In this document: positions 1 to 9,286 of the stretch, in pieces
Layout of the letters: every line of letters starts with the position of its first letter
Numbering within the stretch: the first letter of the stretch is position 1
Virus record (IMG/VR): IMGVR_UViG_3300026183_000930
Coordinates: 60,222-124,221 of that record
Strand: one strand, 5' to 3'
DNA length: 64,000 nucleotides
Source of the DNA: a virus
Notes under the pieces: model-generated
The model's input: only the letters and a program-made list of their open reading frames with translations
Databases searched by the model: none
Told to the model about the DNA's origin: nothing
Made by a program: the position numbers and the translations under genes

Positions 1-872
1 ACATCACTTGCTGTCACTGTTGGATTAACCACTGTGCCAGTAACTGATGATTCTATAGGATCTGCTATTTTTAAAAACTGTATCTTTCCTGATGTTGATG
101 TTGTTGTAAATGCACCAGGCGTGGCCGTGTCTGCATACACAAAGTCACCAACTGATCCTGGTATCTCAGGTAAGAAGTCAATAATTCGTGTGTTTGGTCT
201 CAGCATGAATTGATTAGCACCAACTGTGTTTGTTACTGTGCCAATCACTTTGTCTGTGGTTGATGAATTTGTTTTTACAAAACCAGTTGACCCACACGAC
301 ACAAGATCACCTACACCAAATCCATGTGCTGTTTTGTCTAATACATAGTGCATCTGTGGATTTAGATATTGAAATCTTGAATTGATGTTTAGGTAAAAGT
401 CTGATGATGTAATAGAAACTGGTACTGGATCAAGCATTGGATGACCATTTTCATTCAATTGAAATATCACACAATATCCTGTTCCAAATATACCTGAACC
501 AATAGATGATCTAAATGTGTTGTATCTCAACCAATCTTCAACCACCATTGTAACTGTTGATGCTGTTTTTGAACTAATTGAAACAATTCTACAACAAGTT
601 CCTGTAGTAGCACCTGCAATCCAATCACCTACCTGTACATCAAGTCCGTTGTACTCAAAGTCTTTTCTTGTCAAGTGTGATCCGTGTGTTTGTGCTGAAA
701 CTGTACCTGTGATTTCCCATTGATAGTATTTTGGATTAGAACCGCCTGACCACCATTTGTCACCTTGGCCATCATTTTCTGTCCACTGTGCATTATTGTT
801 AATTGACGTTACGTTAATACTTAAAACTTTTGCTGGTTTGTTTACATCAATGTAATTTGTTTTGTAGGCCAT
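1..872 (-). CDS. Probable virion structural/tail protein; runs off the window start (3' end missing)
   Basis: ATG at 872 directly after the TAA-TAG of the upstream fibre gene. Reads MAYKTNYIDVNKPAKVLSINVTS... Absent from the ORF track, presumably because it has no stop in the window. Confidence 0.65.
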   Translation of the reverse strand, partial: MAYKTNYIDVNKPAKVLSINVTSINNNAQWTENDGQGDKWWSGGSNPKYYQWEITGTVSAQTHGSHLTRKDFEYNGLDVQVGDWIAGATTGTCCRIVSISSKTASTVTMVVEDWLRYNTFRSSIGSGIFGTGYCVIFQLNENGHPMLDPVPVSITSSDFYLNINSRFQYLNPQMHYVLDKTAHGFGVGDLVSCGSTGFVKTNSSTTDKVIGTVTNTVGANQFMLRPNTRIIDFLPEIPGSVGDFVYADTATPGAFTTTSTSGKIQFLKIADPIESSVTGTVVNPTVTASD

Positions 873-875
873 CTA

Positions 876-3800
876 TTAAGCCCCCATCACAAATCTCACC
901 CAAGCATGAGTGGTTGTACCAAACGATCTTGAAGCACCTGTTTCTGATTCACTAACTCTAATATTTAAACTTGAGAAAGAACCAAATGCTGTTGGTGATC
1001 CTGATGATCCGCCACCTGGTACTTTTCTCAGTGTAGTACCTGTTGAGCCCAGTGTGTTCATGTTATATTCATTTGATGGATAGTTGTAACCATAAAACAT
1101 AACTGATAGCGGTGGAGTTGTGTAACCTGTAAAGTTAACTGTCAAATCACCACCTGTTGCTGAATCAATTGATACACTTGATACACCCGATGATGTATCT
1201 GAAATACTAGATATGTCACCGTTAGTTGCATAATTGATTTTAAATTCTTCATACTCAGTACCTGCTGATCCACCTCCACCTGCGATTGTGATAGTTTTAG
1301 TTGCACCTGTACCTGATGCTGTAACACCTGCACCAACAAAGTTAAGTGTTGTGGCCGCTGTTGCTAATGATGAACCTTCATCTTGTACTGTCAATGCACT
1401 GCCACCTGACTGTGCCACCCAAGCATAGTCTGAACCATTCCATGATAACACAAATCCTGATGTTGGATTTGATTGGTTTAAGTGTGTGTCTACATCTGAG
1501 TCTGTGTATAAATCTGTTGTCAATGCAACTGTACCATCAGCATCTGGTAAGTTAATTGTTCTGTCTGCTGTTGGATCAATTGCTTGAAGTTTTGTTTCAT
1601 TTGCATCTGCTGTTGAACCTTCAAACGCAATACTTGTGATGCTGTTGATGTCTGCCGCTAAACTCAATGATACATTGTTTGCGGCAATATCTGCATTAAT
1701 CTGTCCTGTTGTTCCTAGGAATGTTAATGTTTCAGTTGCTGTGTCAAATGTGTGTGTTCCTGTGTTACCTGCTATGCCAAATGTGCCACCACCTGCATTT
1801 TTCCATTTGAATGAAGTTGAGGCATGATCGTAGTATAAAACTTTTCCGTCATCACCTGCTCCTGTTACTGCGTCAACATCTGACAATGTTGTTAAACCTG
1901 AGCCAGTTAAACTTGTTAGGTAACCCGCAGTTGAATGATCTCCCCAACTGTATGCTGTGTCCCAGTTAGTTGAGTTTGTAAGTTGTGAATCATTTGCCAT
2001 CTTGTTCCAACTGCCACCATGTGCAAAATACATAGCACCATCTGAATGACTGTGTGCTATTGCGCCATGATAAGTTGTTGCATTTGGAAATGCGGCTTGG
2101 TTGGCATAGTAGAAAGGAATAACTGCTGTTGTTGTTGTGGTTGCTCCTCTGCCTGTTACTGTAGCAAGTGTGTCTGCTTCTGCTGTCAAGTAACTTTGTA
2201 GATCTGAAATCTGTGATTCTGTAATTGACAATGCTGTTTGGTGCTGTGTTACTGAACTCTGTGTGATGTTCGCATCTGGAACATTTGCCCAAGTAACTGC
2301 ACTTGATAGGTCATTTGTCTCTGCTGTCAGGTAACCTGCCGTGCCGTGGTCTCCCCAACCATAAGCAGTATCCCATTGACCAACTTTTGCGTCACTGATG
2401 ACATTTGTGCCCATGTCAATGTTAGAATTAACATTAACAACACCTGTACCATTTGGTGTTAATGAAATATTGCCACTTGATGCAGTTGTTTCAATTGTTA
2501 AGTTGCCTGCCGCTGATACACTTGGTGATGCACCTGTTGTTGTTACTGATCCAACTGTTAATTCATCTGTAGTTTTGTTGTAAGTAAAACCAGCATCGCC
2601 ACCCATAACACCACCGTCATTGAACTGTACTTGTGTGTCTGAACCGGCCGCTGTTGAAGCCGTTACTGTTGCGTTCTCCCATTGTGATGTTGATGAGTTG
2701 TATTTTAAAAACTGATTGTTTGCCAACGATGCCAATGTGACATCAGTCATTTCACCTAATTCGTTTGCTGTTGCTACCTGTGAGTCAACGTATGCTTTAA
2801 CAGATTGCTGTGAAGGAATTTTTGTAGCACTGTCTGATACCATGTTGTCTTCATCAATCAACCAGTTGCCTGTGATTCTTGAATCAACTCTTGTATCTGT
2901 GTAATATAAATTTGTGCCTTCAGTTAGGTTAGTTGTTGTCTTTGTACCTAATCTTGTGTCAAAGTCTGTGTTGAAACTTGTGTAACCTGTGTTGTCAATC
3001 CAAGCATAGTCTGATCCATTCCAAGATAAAACATATCCTGCTGTTGGATTTGATTGGTTTAGATGTGCATCAACATCTGAATTTGTATAACCATCTGTGA
3101 TACCATATCCTGCAAGTGTAGTTGGTTTGCCTGTTAGTGAAGCAAACGATTGTGCTGGTACACTTGTTAGATAACCTGCACTTGCATGATCACCCCAACC
3201 AAATGCTGTGTTCCAGTTGGCTGAGTTGTCAGTCAGTATGCTGTAAGATCCTGCACTTGCACCACGTAACATGATGCCTTGTGATGTAAAGTCGCCATCT
3301 ACTACCACATCTGCATGTGATGTTTCTGCTGTCAAATAACTTTGTAGATCTGAAATCTGTGATTCTGTGATTGTTAAATTTGCTTGGTGCTGTACCACAC
3401 TTGATGATGTGATATTTGCATCTGGTACATTTGCCCAAGTAACTGCTGAACTCAAATCATTTGTTTCTGTGAAACTTGTCAAGTAACCAGCAGTTGAGTG
3501 ATCGCCCCAACTGTATGCTGTGTCCCACTGACCAACTTTTGTGTCAGTAATGACATTTGTTCCCATGTCAATGTCATTGCCGTTTGCGTCCAGTGTTCCA
3601 CCTAATTGAGGAGTAGTGTCCTCAACAAGATTAGACATTGTTCCGCCACCGCCTGCTGACTGAGCCACCCAAGCATAATCACTTCCGTTCCAACTTAGAA
3701 CATATCCTGCTGTTGGATTTGATTGGTTTAGGTGTGTGTCTACATCTGAATCTCCATAACTACCTGACTGTGCCACCCAAGCATAGTCTGACCCATTCCA

Positions 3801-5810
3801 TGATAACACAAATCCTGATGTTGGATTTGATTGGTTTAGATGTGAATCAATTGAAGCATTTAATCCTGCTACTGTTTGATACGTTCCTAGATCTGAGATC
3901 TGTGATTCTGTGATTGTTAAATTTGCTTGGTGTTGTACCACACTTGATGATGTGATGTTCACATCTGGTACATTTGCCCAAGTAACTGCACTTGATAGAT
4001 CGTTTGTTTCTGTGAAACTTGTCAAGTAACCAGCAGTTGAGTGATCACCCCAACCAAATGCTGTGTTCCAGTTAGCCGAACCTGCCGCTACTATTCTTGC
4101 ATCTGCTCTTGCATCTGTATAGTATAAATTTGAAGATCCTTCTGGTAATCCATCTGTGTCTGCCAACGCACCCGATTCAGTTTTCCATTTGAATGAAGTT
4201 GAGGCATGATCGTAGTATAAAATTTTTCCGTCATCTCCAGCACCTGCCACTGCATCTACATCTGACAGTGAAGTCAGTGTTGAACCAGTTAGATCTGTTA
4301 GGTAACCTGCTGTTGAATGATCACCCCAACTGTGTGCTGTGTCCCAATTTGTGATCTTGGCACCTGTGATACCAGTTGACGTTAATCTTGCATCTATGTC
4401 AGTGTTGGCTCTTGCTGTGGTATAATATAAGTTTGTTACACCTTCTGATAAATCATCTGTAGTCTTTGCCGCTATCTTGGCATCAATGGCCGCATTGGCT
4501 CTGGCTTCAGTGTAATATAAGTTTGTGCCTTCTGTTAAATCTGTTGTTGTGTTTGCAGACAAGTCTGTTGATACTGTGCCTACTACCCAAGCACTACCGT
4601 TCCATTTCAAAGCATTGTTTAATGCAACACCTGATGTGTCAACATCAGTTAAATCATTTATACTTGCCGCGGCAATACGAGCATCTGCTCTTGCATTTGT
4701 AAAGTACTGATTAGTACCTTCTGCTAAATCTGTTGTTGTGAAACTTGTTAAATCTGATAGGTATCCTGGATCTGCTACAAACTCAACTGCACTTGCACCT
4801 GCATTAACTTTCACAAAGTAACCGGCCGCACCTGCATAGTTTGTTGGAGTGTCTGTTAATCCCACAAGTGTGGAAGATCCACCTCCACCGCCGCCGCCAG
4901 TCATATTGCCTGGTTCCCATGCTGATGAAACTGAATTATAAATCAGTACCTGACCATTTGCCGCTCCGGCTGAGTTGACATCTGTCAATGCTCCCAAGTT
5001 GGTAGCACCTGCATCAACTGTTGATACCCAAGCACTGCCATTGTATTTTAACACATGACCACTTGCAACACCTGTTGTGTCAACATCTAGTAAATCATTT
5101 ATTTCATGATCTGAAATACTTGTTACTGTGCCTGCTCTTGTGGCAGTACCATGAAACTCTACTGCGTATACATCTGAATATCTGTTTGAGTTGTCACCAA
5201 TTGATCTTGTGTTATCAGCATCTGGCAACATATCACCTGATGTAGGTTGATATCTTGCATCTGCTTCTGTTTTTGAATATACGCCTAAGTTTGTTCTTGC
5301 AGTTGACACATCTGCCACTGCCGCTAAATTATCTGATTTTTGTAAAAATGCTGATGATGACAATCCACCCACTGTGCCTGCATCAACATTTGCACTGTCA
5401 ACTGACACTAACACTTCTGTGCCTGATGCTGTCAATGTTATTCCTGTGCCTGCTGTTATACTTTTTAATCTAATGTTACCTGTTGTGATATCAACAAATA
5501 AGCCTTCGCCACCACCTAGATTTAATCCTGATGTGACTGAGCTTGTAGCCGATATTGTTACATTGTCGGTGTTCTCTGTGATTGTAACATTGTTGCCAGC
5601 AACTAGTGATCTAAACTGTAAATCTGTTCCACTTGCTTGTTTGAATACACCACTACCAGTGCCAACATTTGCTCCACCTGTGATAGCAGAACCTGAATTA
5701 GTTACTGTGGCATTAACAAATGCCTGTTGTGTATCATCATATACTAGTGTTTGATTCGTCGTAGGACTTTGTACGTTAAAATTTGGGTCTGTGTTTGATC
5801 CTATTGCCAT
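876..5810 (-). CDS. Long repetitive tail fibre / virion appendage protein (1644 aa)
   Basis: G/S/T/D-rich with repeated modules (LxWNGSxW, WGDHSTAGYLT, TTDLxEGTNLYYT, HLNQSNPT) typical of phage fibres. AGGAG RBS and an upstream TAAATA. Confidence 0.75.
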   Translation of the reverse strand: MAIGSNTDPNFNVQSPTTNQTLVYDDTQQAFVNATVTNSGSAITGGANVGTGSGVFKQASGTDLQFRSLVAGNNVTITENTDNVTISATSSVTSGLNLGGGEGLFVDITTGNIRLKSITAGTGITLTASGTEVLVSVDSANVDAGTVGGLSSSAFLQKSDNLAAVADVSTARTNLGVYSKTEADARYQPTSGDMLPDADNTRSIGDNSNRYSDVYAVEFHGTATRAGTVTSISDHEINDLLDVDTTGVASGHVLKYNGSAWVSTVDAGATNLGALTDVNSAGAANGQVLIYNSVSSAWEPGNMTGGGGGGGSSTLVGLTDTPTNYAGAAGYFVKVNAGASAVEFVADPGYLSDLTSFTTTDLAEGTNQYFTNARADARIAAASINDLTDVDTSGVALNNALKWNGSAWVVGTVSTDLSANTTTDLTEGTNLYYTEARANAAIDAKIAAKTTDDLSEGVTNLYYTTARANTDIDARLTSTGITGAKITNWDTAHSWGDHSTAGYLTDLTGSTLTSLSDVDAVAGAGDDGKILYYDHASTSFKWKTESGALADTDGLPEGSSNLYYTDARADARIVAAGSANWNTAFGWGDHSTAGYLTSFTETNDLSSAVTWANVPDVNITSSSVVQHQANLTITESQISDLGTYQTVAGLNASIDSHLNQSNPTSGFVLSWNGSDYAWVAQSGSYGDSDVDTHLNQSNPTAGYVLSWNGSDYAWVAQSAGGGGTMSNLVEDTTPQLGGTLDANGNDIDMGTNVITDTKVGQWDTAYSWGDHSTAGYLTSFTETNDLSSAVTWANVPDANITSSSVVQHQANLTITESQISDLQSYLTAETSHADVVVDGDFTSQGIMLRGASAGSYSILTDNSANWNTAFGWGDHASAGYLTSVPAQSFASLTGKPTTLAGYGITDGYTNSDVDAHLNQSNPTAGYVLSWNGSDYAWIDNTGYTSFNTDFDTRLGTKTTTNLTEGTNLYYTDTRVDSRITGNWLIDEDNMVSDSATKIPSQQSVKAYVDSQVATANELGEMTDVTLASLANNQFLKYNSSTSQWENATVTASTAAGSDTQVQFNDGGVMGGDAGFTYNKTTDELTVGSVTTTGASPSVSAAGNLTIETTASSGNISLTPNGTGVVNVNSNIDMGTNVISDAKVGQWDTAYGWGDHGTAGYLTAETNDLSSAVTWANVPDANITQSSVTQHQTALSITESQISDLQSYLTAEADTLATVTGRGATTTTTAVIPFYYANQAAFPNATTYHGAIAHSHSDGAMYFAHGGSWNKMANDSQLTNSTNWDTAYSWGDHSTAGYLTSLTGSGLTTLSDVDAVTGAGDDGKVLYYDHASTSFKWKNAGGGTFGIAGNTGTHTFDTATETLTFLGTTGQINADIAANNVSLSLAADINSITSIAFEGSTADANETKLQAIDPTADRTINLPDADGTVALTTDLYTDSDVDTHLNQSNPTSGFVLSWNGSDYAWVAQSGGSALTVQDEGSSLATAATTLNFVGAGVTASGTGATKTITIAGGGGSAGTEYEEFKINYATNGDISSISDTSSGVSSVSIDSATGGDLTVNFTGYTTPPLSVMFYGYNYPSNEYNMNTLGSTGTTLRKVPGGGSSGSPTAFGSFSSLNIRVSESETGASRSFGTTTHAWVRFVMGA
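1404..1480. repeat. Intragenic repeat copy (HLNQSNPTSGFVLSWNGSDYAWVAQSG module)
   Basis: 77 nt, one mismatch to 3762-3838. More diverged copies near 3001-3080 and 3661-3750. Confidence 0.85.
3350..3510. repeat. Intragenic repeat copy (TETNDLSSAVTWANVPD...ITESQISDL module)
   Basis: Near-identical DNA at about 3890-4050, third copy at about 2190-2330. Confidence 0.8.
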
Positions 5811-5852
5811 CTTTGCTCCTTAATCTTTAAAATATTTATCAAAAAACATAGT

Positions 5853-6206
5853 TTAATAGTTCAACAAAATTTTGTCAATTGTACCCAAATTTGTTGCTTG
5901 TGGAGTGACTACTGCACGTAGATACAAAAAATTACCTCTAAATGTATAACCATCCACTGTTGACTGATTGTTGTACGTTGCGAACTGACCATTTTTGAGT
6001 GTGATGTTAAACCAATCTGCACTTGTTGGTGTTTCAGCCAATGTTGCTTGTATTTCAACCTGTCCTAAAAAATTTGTTGGGTATATTGCAATGGTATGAA
6101 GACCGTCAGTGAATCCATAAAATGAATCTCCTGCAATTTTATCACCTGTGACTGCCGTAGCACCAGAGACTGTGCTAGACAACATATTTACACTATTCTT
6201 TGACAT
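5853..6206 (-). CDS. Hypothetical late protein, possibly virion
   Basis: 117 aa ORF with TAAATA 5 nt upstream of the ATG. Confidence 0.6.
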   Translation of the reverse strand: MSKNSVNMLSSTVSGATAVTGDKIAGDSFYGFTDGLHTIAIYPTNFLGQVEIQATLAETPTSADWFNITLKNGQFATYNNQSTVDGYTFRGNFLYLRAVVTPQATNLGTIDKILLNY

Positions 6207-6291
6207 ACTGTTATTTATCCAAAATTTAAATCACGGGGTTAAACTAACTTACAAAAAAATTAGTGATCTAGCCCGAATCTAACAGTATTTA

Positions 6292-6588
6292 TTAATCTGT
6301 AACTTTGATAGTGTACTCAGAGAAAGGTGGGTAGTTATTGATTGCTGTTTCCAAACTTGAAGCAGTCCAACCACTGCTTGTACGCTCAACTCCAAGTGAC
6401 ACAGTGTTGTTTTTGATATCTCCCACATAAGAGATTGTGGCTCTCAAAGCCACACAGTTCACAACATAACCGTAATCTGTTTTTGAAATGTTTTTTGGTT
6501 CGCTGTCTTCAAAGAAACTTATGTTGTAGATATGATCTGCAGATGTTTCTTTGTTTTTAGAATTTTTATGATGCTGTTTGATTTCCAT
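6292..6588 (-). CDS. Hypothetical protein
   Basis: 98 aa ORF overlapping the upstream gene, same strand. Confidence 0.5.
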   Translation of the reverse strand: MEIKQHHKNSKNKETSADHIYNISFFEDSEPKNISKTDYGYVVNCVALRATISYVGDIKNNTVSLGVERTSSGWTASSLETAINNYPPFSEYTIKVTD

Positions 6589-7012
6589 TAGTACCTGCCT
6601 GCATTTCTTCGTATGTTCTGAAATCTGTTGCAGTTTCTAACGGCACTGGGTAATAAATTTCGCAACCATTTTCTCCATCTTCAGATACTTCAATTTTCAT
6701 ATCTCGTTTTGGATATTTTTCGCTAATTGTTTTATGTAAATCATCTGCCATCATTTCGCAACTCTTGTAATCTAACTCAAGTGTTTTATCATCATACAAT
6801 CTTTCTAACCATCTTTTAAACTGAATAAATTCAATATCTCTGTCATCATGAAATACTTCAATAGACACTTTGAAATGAAATATATGTCTGTGTGGATAGC
6901 CTAAAAATGAAACATCATCCCATTCACCTGTTGCTAGGTTTGGATCATCCAATGCCGCAGGGTATTTGTGAATTCCTTCTTTTCTAAATGTTACCCAAAT
7001 CAGTTTTTTCAT
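6566..7012 (-). CDS. QueD/PTPS-like T-fold protein (possibly DpdL-like CDG decarboxylase)
   Basis: EGIH...FLGYPHRHIFHFKV...DRDIEF...SCEMMA...VSEDGENG: a His-rich metal site in a tunnel-fold layout. Confidence 0.6.
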   Translation of the reverse strand: MKKLIWVTFRKEGIHKYPAALDDPNLATGEWDDVSFLGYPHRHIFHFKVSIEVFHDDRDIEFIQFKRWLERLYDDKTLELDYKSCEMMADDLHKTISEKYPKRDMKIEVSEDGENGCEIYYPVPLETATDFRTYEEMQAGTNGNQTAS

Positions 7013-7024
7013 ACGTGTTCCTTT

Positions 7025-7555
7025 CTATTCAATTACTTCATCTGTGCTGTATGATTCCCAAGAAGTTTTCACTAACGGATTCATTAGTTCTTCAAGTTTG
7101 TTACACCATACACCACTGTTGGTTATGTTAAAATCTATGTCATCAATTTTGATTGTTATTCTCTTTGAATAACTTTCAGCATGAGCTATTGGTAAAGAAT
7201 ACATGATATGAAAGTATTCGTTTTCTTTAAACTCATCTAGTTCTGTTAAATCAAAATCTTTTGAAATATCAAGTGTTACTTTGTGTGCTTTGGAAATTAA
7301 ACTTTTAATGATTTCTCTCAGTTTCATATATTTAGAATCATCCCACTTGGTGTTTCTAAAACACATGTTTGCTCCCAAATAAATGTGTCTACAAGTATTT
7401 TCTTTGGCTCTAAGAGCAATTTTTTTTGGATTACGAAACCCTACAACAAATAGAGTTTTTTCACCATAAAAAGGAGTCTTCTCTACTTCTGTTCCAGTAA
7501 AGTAGATTACATCAGTTAACTGTTTTTCATTACTGTAATCTCTTTTCATTACCAT
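7025..7555 (-). CDS. Phage hypothetical protein
   Basis: 176 aa ORF in operon with the QueD-like gene. Confidence 0.6.
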   Translation of the reverse strand: MVMKRDYSNEKQLTDVIYFTGTEVEKTPFYGEKTLFVVGFRNPKKIALRAKENTCRHIYLGANMCFRNTKWDDSKYMKLREIIKSLISKAHKVTLDISKDFDLTELDEFKENEYFHIMYSLPIAHAESYSKRITIKIDDIDFNITNSGVWCNKLEELMNPLVKTSWESYSTDEVIE

Positions 7556-7558
7556 TTG

Positions 7559-7759
7559 TTATTCCTTTTCAAGTTGTTTACAAGTTTCTTTATTGGCTTG
7601 TAAACCAGTGTCTTTGTCATATATCCAAACATATGAATAAGCAATTTGTCCATCATTAGTTTCTGTGCATTTTTTACCAAAACTCAAACTTGGATTTTTT
7701 GGCACAGCACAAGATGTAACTGCAAACAATACTAATAAAAATAAAATTGACTTTTTCAT
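7559..7759 (-). CDS. Small lipoprotein
   Basis: MKK, hydrophobic stretch and VTSC lipobox. Confidence 0.55.
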   Translation of the reverse strand: MKKSILFLLVLFAVTSCAVPKNPSLSFGKKCTETNDGQIAYSYVWIYDKDTGLQANKETCKQLEKE

Positions 7760-7765
7760 ATTTTC

Positions 7766-8377
7766 CTATTCTGGTGAAACAGGATCAGTTAATACTGACA
7801 TCTGTTCTAATCTATTTTTTGGTTCAAATGTTTCCTTTAAGTAGTTGATCATGTTGTCTGGTGTTGTTTCAATATAAGGATCATCATCTGTTCCTTCATT
7901 GTTGATGCCTGGCTCTTGCCACCATTTTTCAACTACACCATCGTTAATAACACACATGTATCTCCAACTTCTGTTTCCAAACCCTAAATGATTTTTGCCA
8001 ATCAACATACCCATAAATCTTGTGAAGTTTCCCGAACCATCTGGAATCATTTTTACATTTTTAACATTCATATGTATACTCCAAGCATTCATCACAAATG
8101 AATCATTTACTGACACACAGTAAATTTCATCTATGCCCATTGCTTGAATATTGTTGTATTCTTTTTCAAATCCTGGCAATTGTAGTGATGAACAAGTTGG
8201 TGTAAATGCACCCGGCAAACTGAATACCACAACTCTTTTGCCTTTGAAATATTCATCAGTTGTTTTATTAAGCCACTGTCCGCCAATAGCACAGCCGCCG
8301 TCAGTTTCAACTTCGTCACCAACTCTGGTTCTAAATGTTACTTTTGGAATTTTAAATCCTTCCATCATAAACTTCAT
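7766..8377 (-). CDS. Peroxiredoxin (Prx5/type II)
   Basis: VVVFSLPGAFTPTCS, SVNDSFVMNAW, RSWRY motifs. Confidence 0.9.
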   Translation of the reverse strand: MKFMMEGFKIPKVTFRTRVGDEVETDGGCAIGGQWLNKTTDEYFKGKRVVVFSLPGAFTPTCSSLQLPGFEKEYNNIQAMGIDEIYCVSVNDSFVMNAWSIHMNVKNVKMIPDGSGNFTRFMGMLIGKNHLGFGNRSWRYMCVINDGVVEKWWQEPGINNEGTDDDPYIETTPDNMINYLKETFEPKNRLEQMSVLTDPVSPE

Positions 8378-8394
8378 CCTTTATTAATAAGTTT

Positions 8395-8416
8395 GGGACT
8401 ACCCGAAGATAGTCCC
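8395..8416 (-). promoter_or_regulatory. Stable cUUCGg hairpin in the leader of the peroxiredoxin gene
   Basis: Minus strand GGGACTATC-TTCG-GGTAGTCCC. No U-tract follows, so it is not a classic terminator. Confidence 0.5.
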
Positions 8417-8474
8417 GGTTCCATAATGATTAAACAATGAGGGACAAGAACGTTTAATCTTATAGAAATCATTT

Positions 8475-9221
8475 TTAGTTGCTTGTCCTTGCAGGTAATA
8501 CATACTCATACAAACCAATACCTGAATCAATTGCAATTTTCATTGCACCTTGTTCTGCAAAAGATATTGATGCTTGTGAAGTATCACTTAATTTCAAAAT
8601 ACTCAATGTTTGTGCTAAAGGCCAACTCCATCCTCTTTTGATTTCTGTAGTTACTCCTTTACTGATTGGTATTTCTACTCTGTCATTTGATCCATCACCA
8701 ATATAAAACTTTAATGTGTCACCATCAGTTTTTGCAACAAATGTTGGTTGAACACTGCTCATCACTCCAGCAAAGTAGCTCAAATCTTTTAAATTTTGTT
8801 GTGTGGGTTGAATTGTCAAATCCCAATTTACACCTTTGAACTTAACAGTCTTAAGTTTTTCTTCAATCAACTGCGATACCATAAATCTATAATTTGCTGT
8901 GTATCCATTGCCTGATGTAAATTTTAATTCTTCTGGCACTTGTTCGCCATTTCTTTCATTTGTAACAACTTCAATGTTTGCTGTCTTGTCAGCATATCCT
9001 TCAAAGTTTAAATATCCTGCTAATACTGGCAGTTTACCTAAACCCATTGTGCCTTTAAATTCACTTACAGGATTATGTAATTTTCCTTTAAGAACAACTG
9101 TTCTATCATCATCCATTGCTTCAATTTCAGTTGCAGTACCATCGCCGCCATTTACTTTGACTGATTGAATAAAACCTAATGAATGAGTGTGTTTGACTAT
9201 GTCTAAGAGTACATCCCTCAT
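8475..9221 (-). CDS. Putative DNA sliding clamp (gp45/PCNA-like)
   Basis: 248 aa, directly downstream of PolB, C-terminal YEYVLPA strand as in clamps; a clamp loader is also in the window. Confidence 0.6.
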   Translation of the reverse strand: MRDVLLDIVKHTHSLGFIQSVKVNGGDGTATEIEAMDDDRTVVLKGKLHNPVSEFKGTMGLGKLPVLAGYLNFEGYADKTANIEVVTNERNGEQVPEELKFTSGNGYTANYRFMVSQLIEEKLKTVKFKGVNWDLTIQPTQQNLKDLSYFAGVMSSVQPTFVAKTDGDTLKFYIGDGSNDRVEIPISKGVTTEIKRGWSWPLAQTLSILKLSDTSQASISFAEQGAMKIAIDSGIGLYEYVLPARTSN

Positions 9222-9250
9222 AATATTTTCCTTTCAATGTTCATAAACTA

Positions 9251-9279
9251 ATAATAACAAAATAATATTGGAAAGTCAA
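9251..9279 (-). promoter_or_regulatory. Sigma70-type promoter
   Basis: TTGACT-N17-TATTAT upstream of the clamp gene. Confidence 0.55.
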
Positions 9280-9286
9280 ATGTTTT

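Noticed and set aside
1400-4400. Repeats in the fibre gene as a CRISPR array or DGR template/variable repeat
   Set aside because: They are in-frame coding repeats with irregular spacing and mostly synonymous differences; no cas or reverse transcriptase gene is in the window.
6232-6291. Imperfect hairpin after a TAAATA box
   Set aside because: AT-rich, bulged stem that could arise by chance; too weak to call as an ncRNA or terminator.
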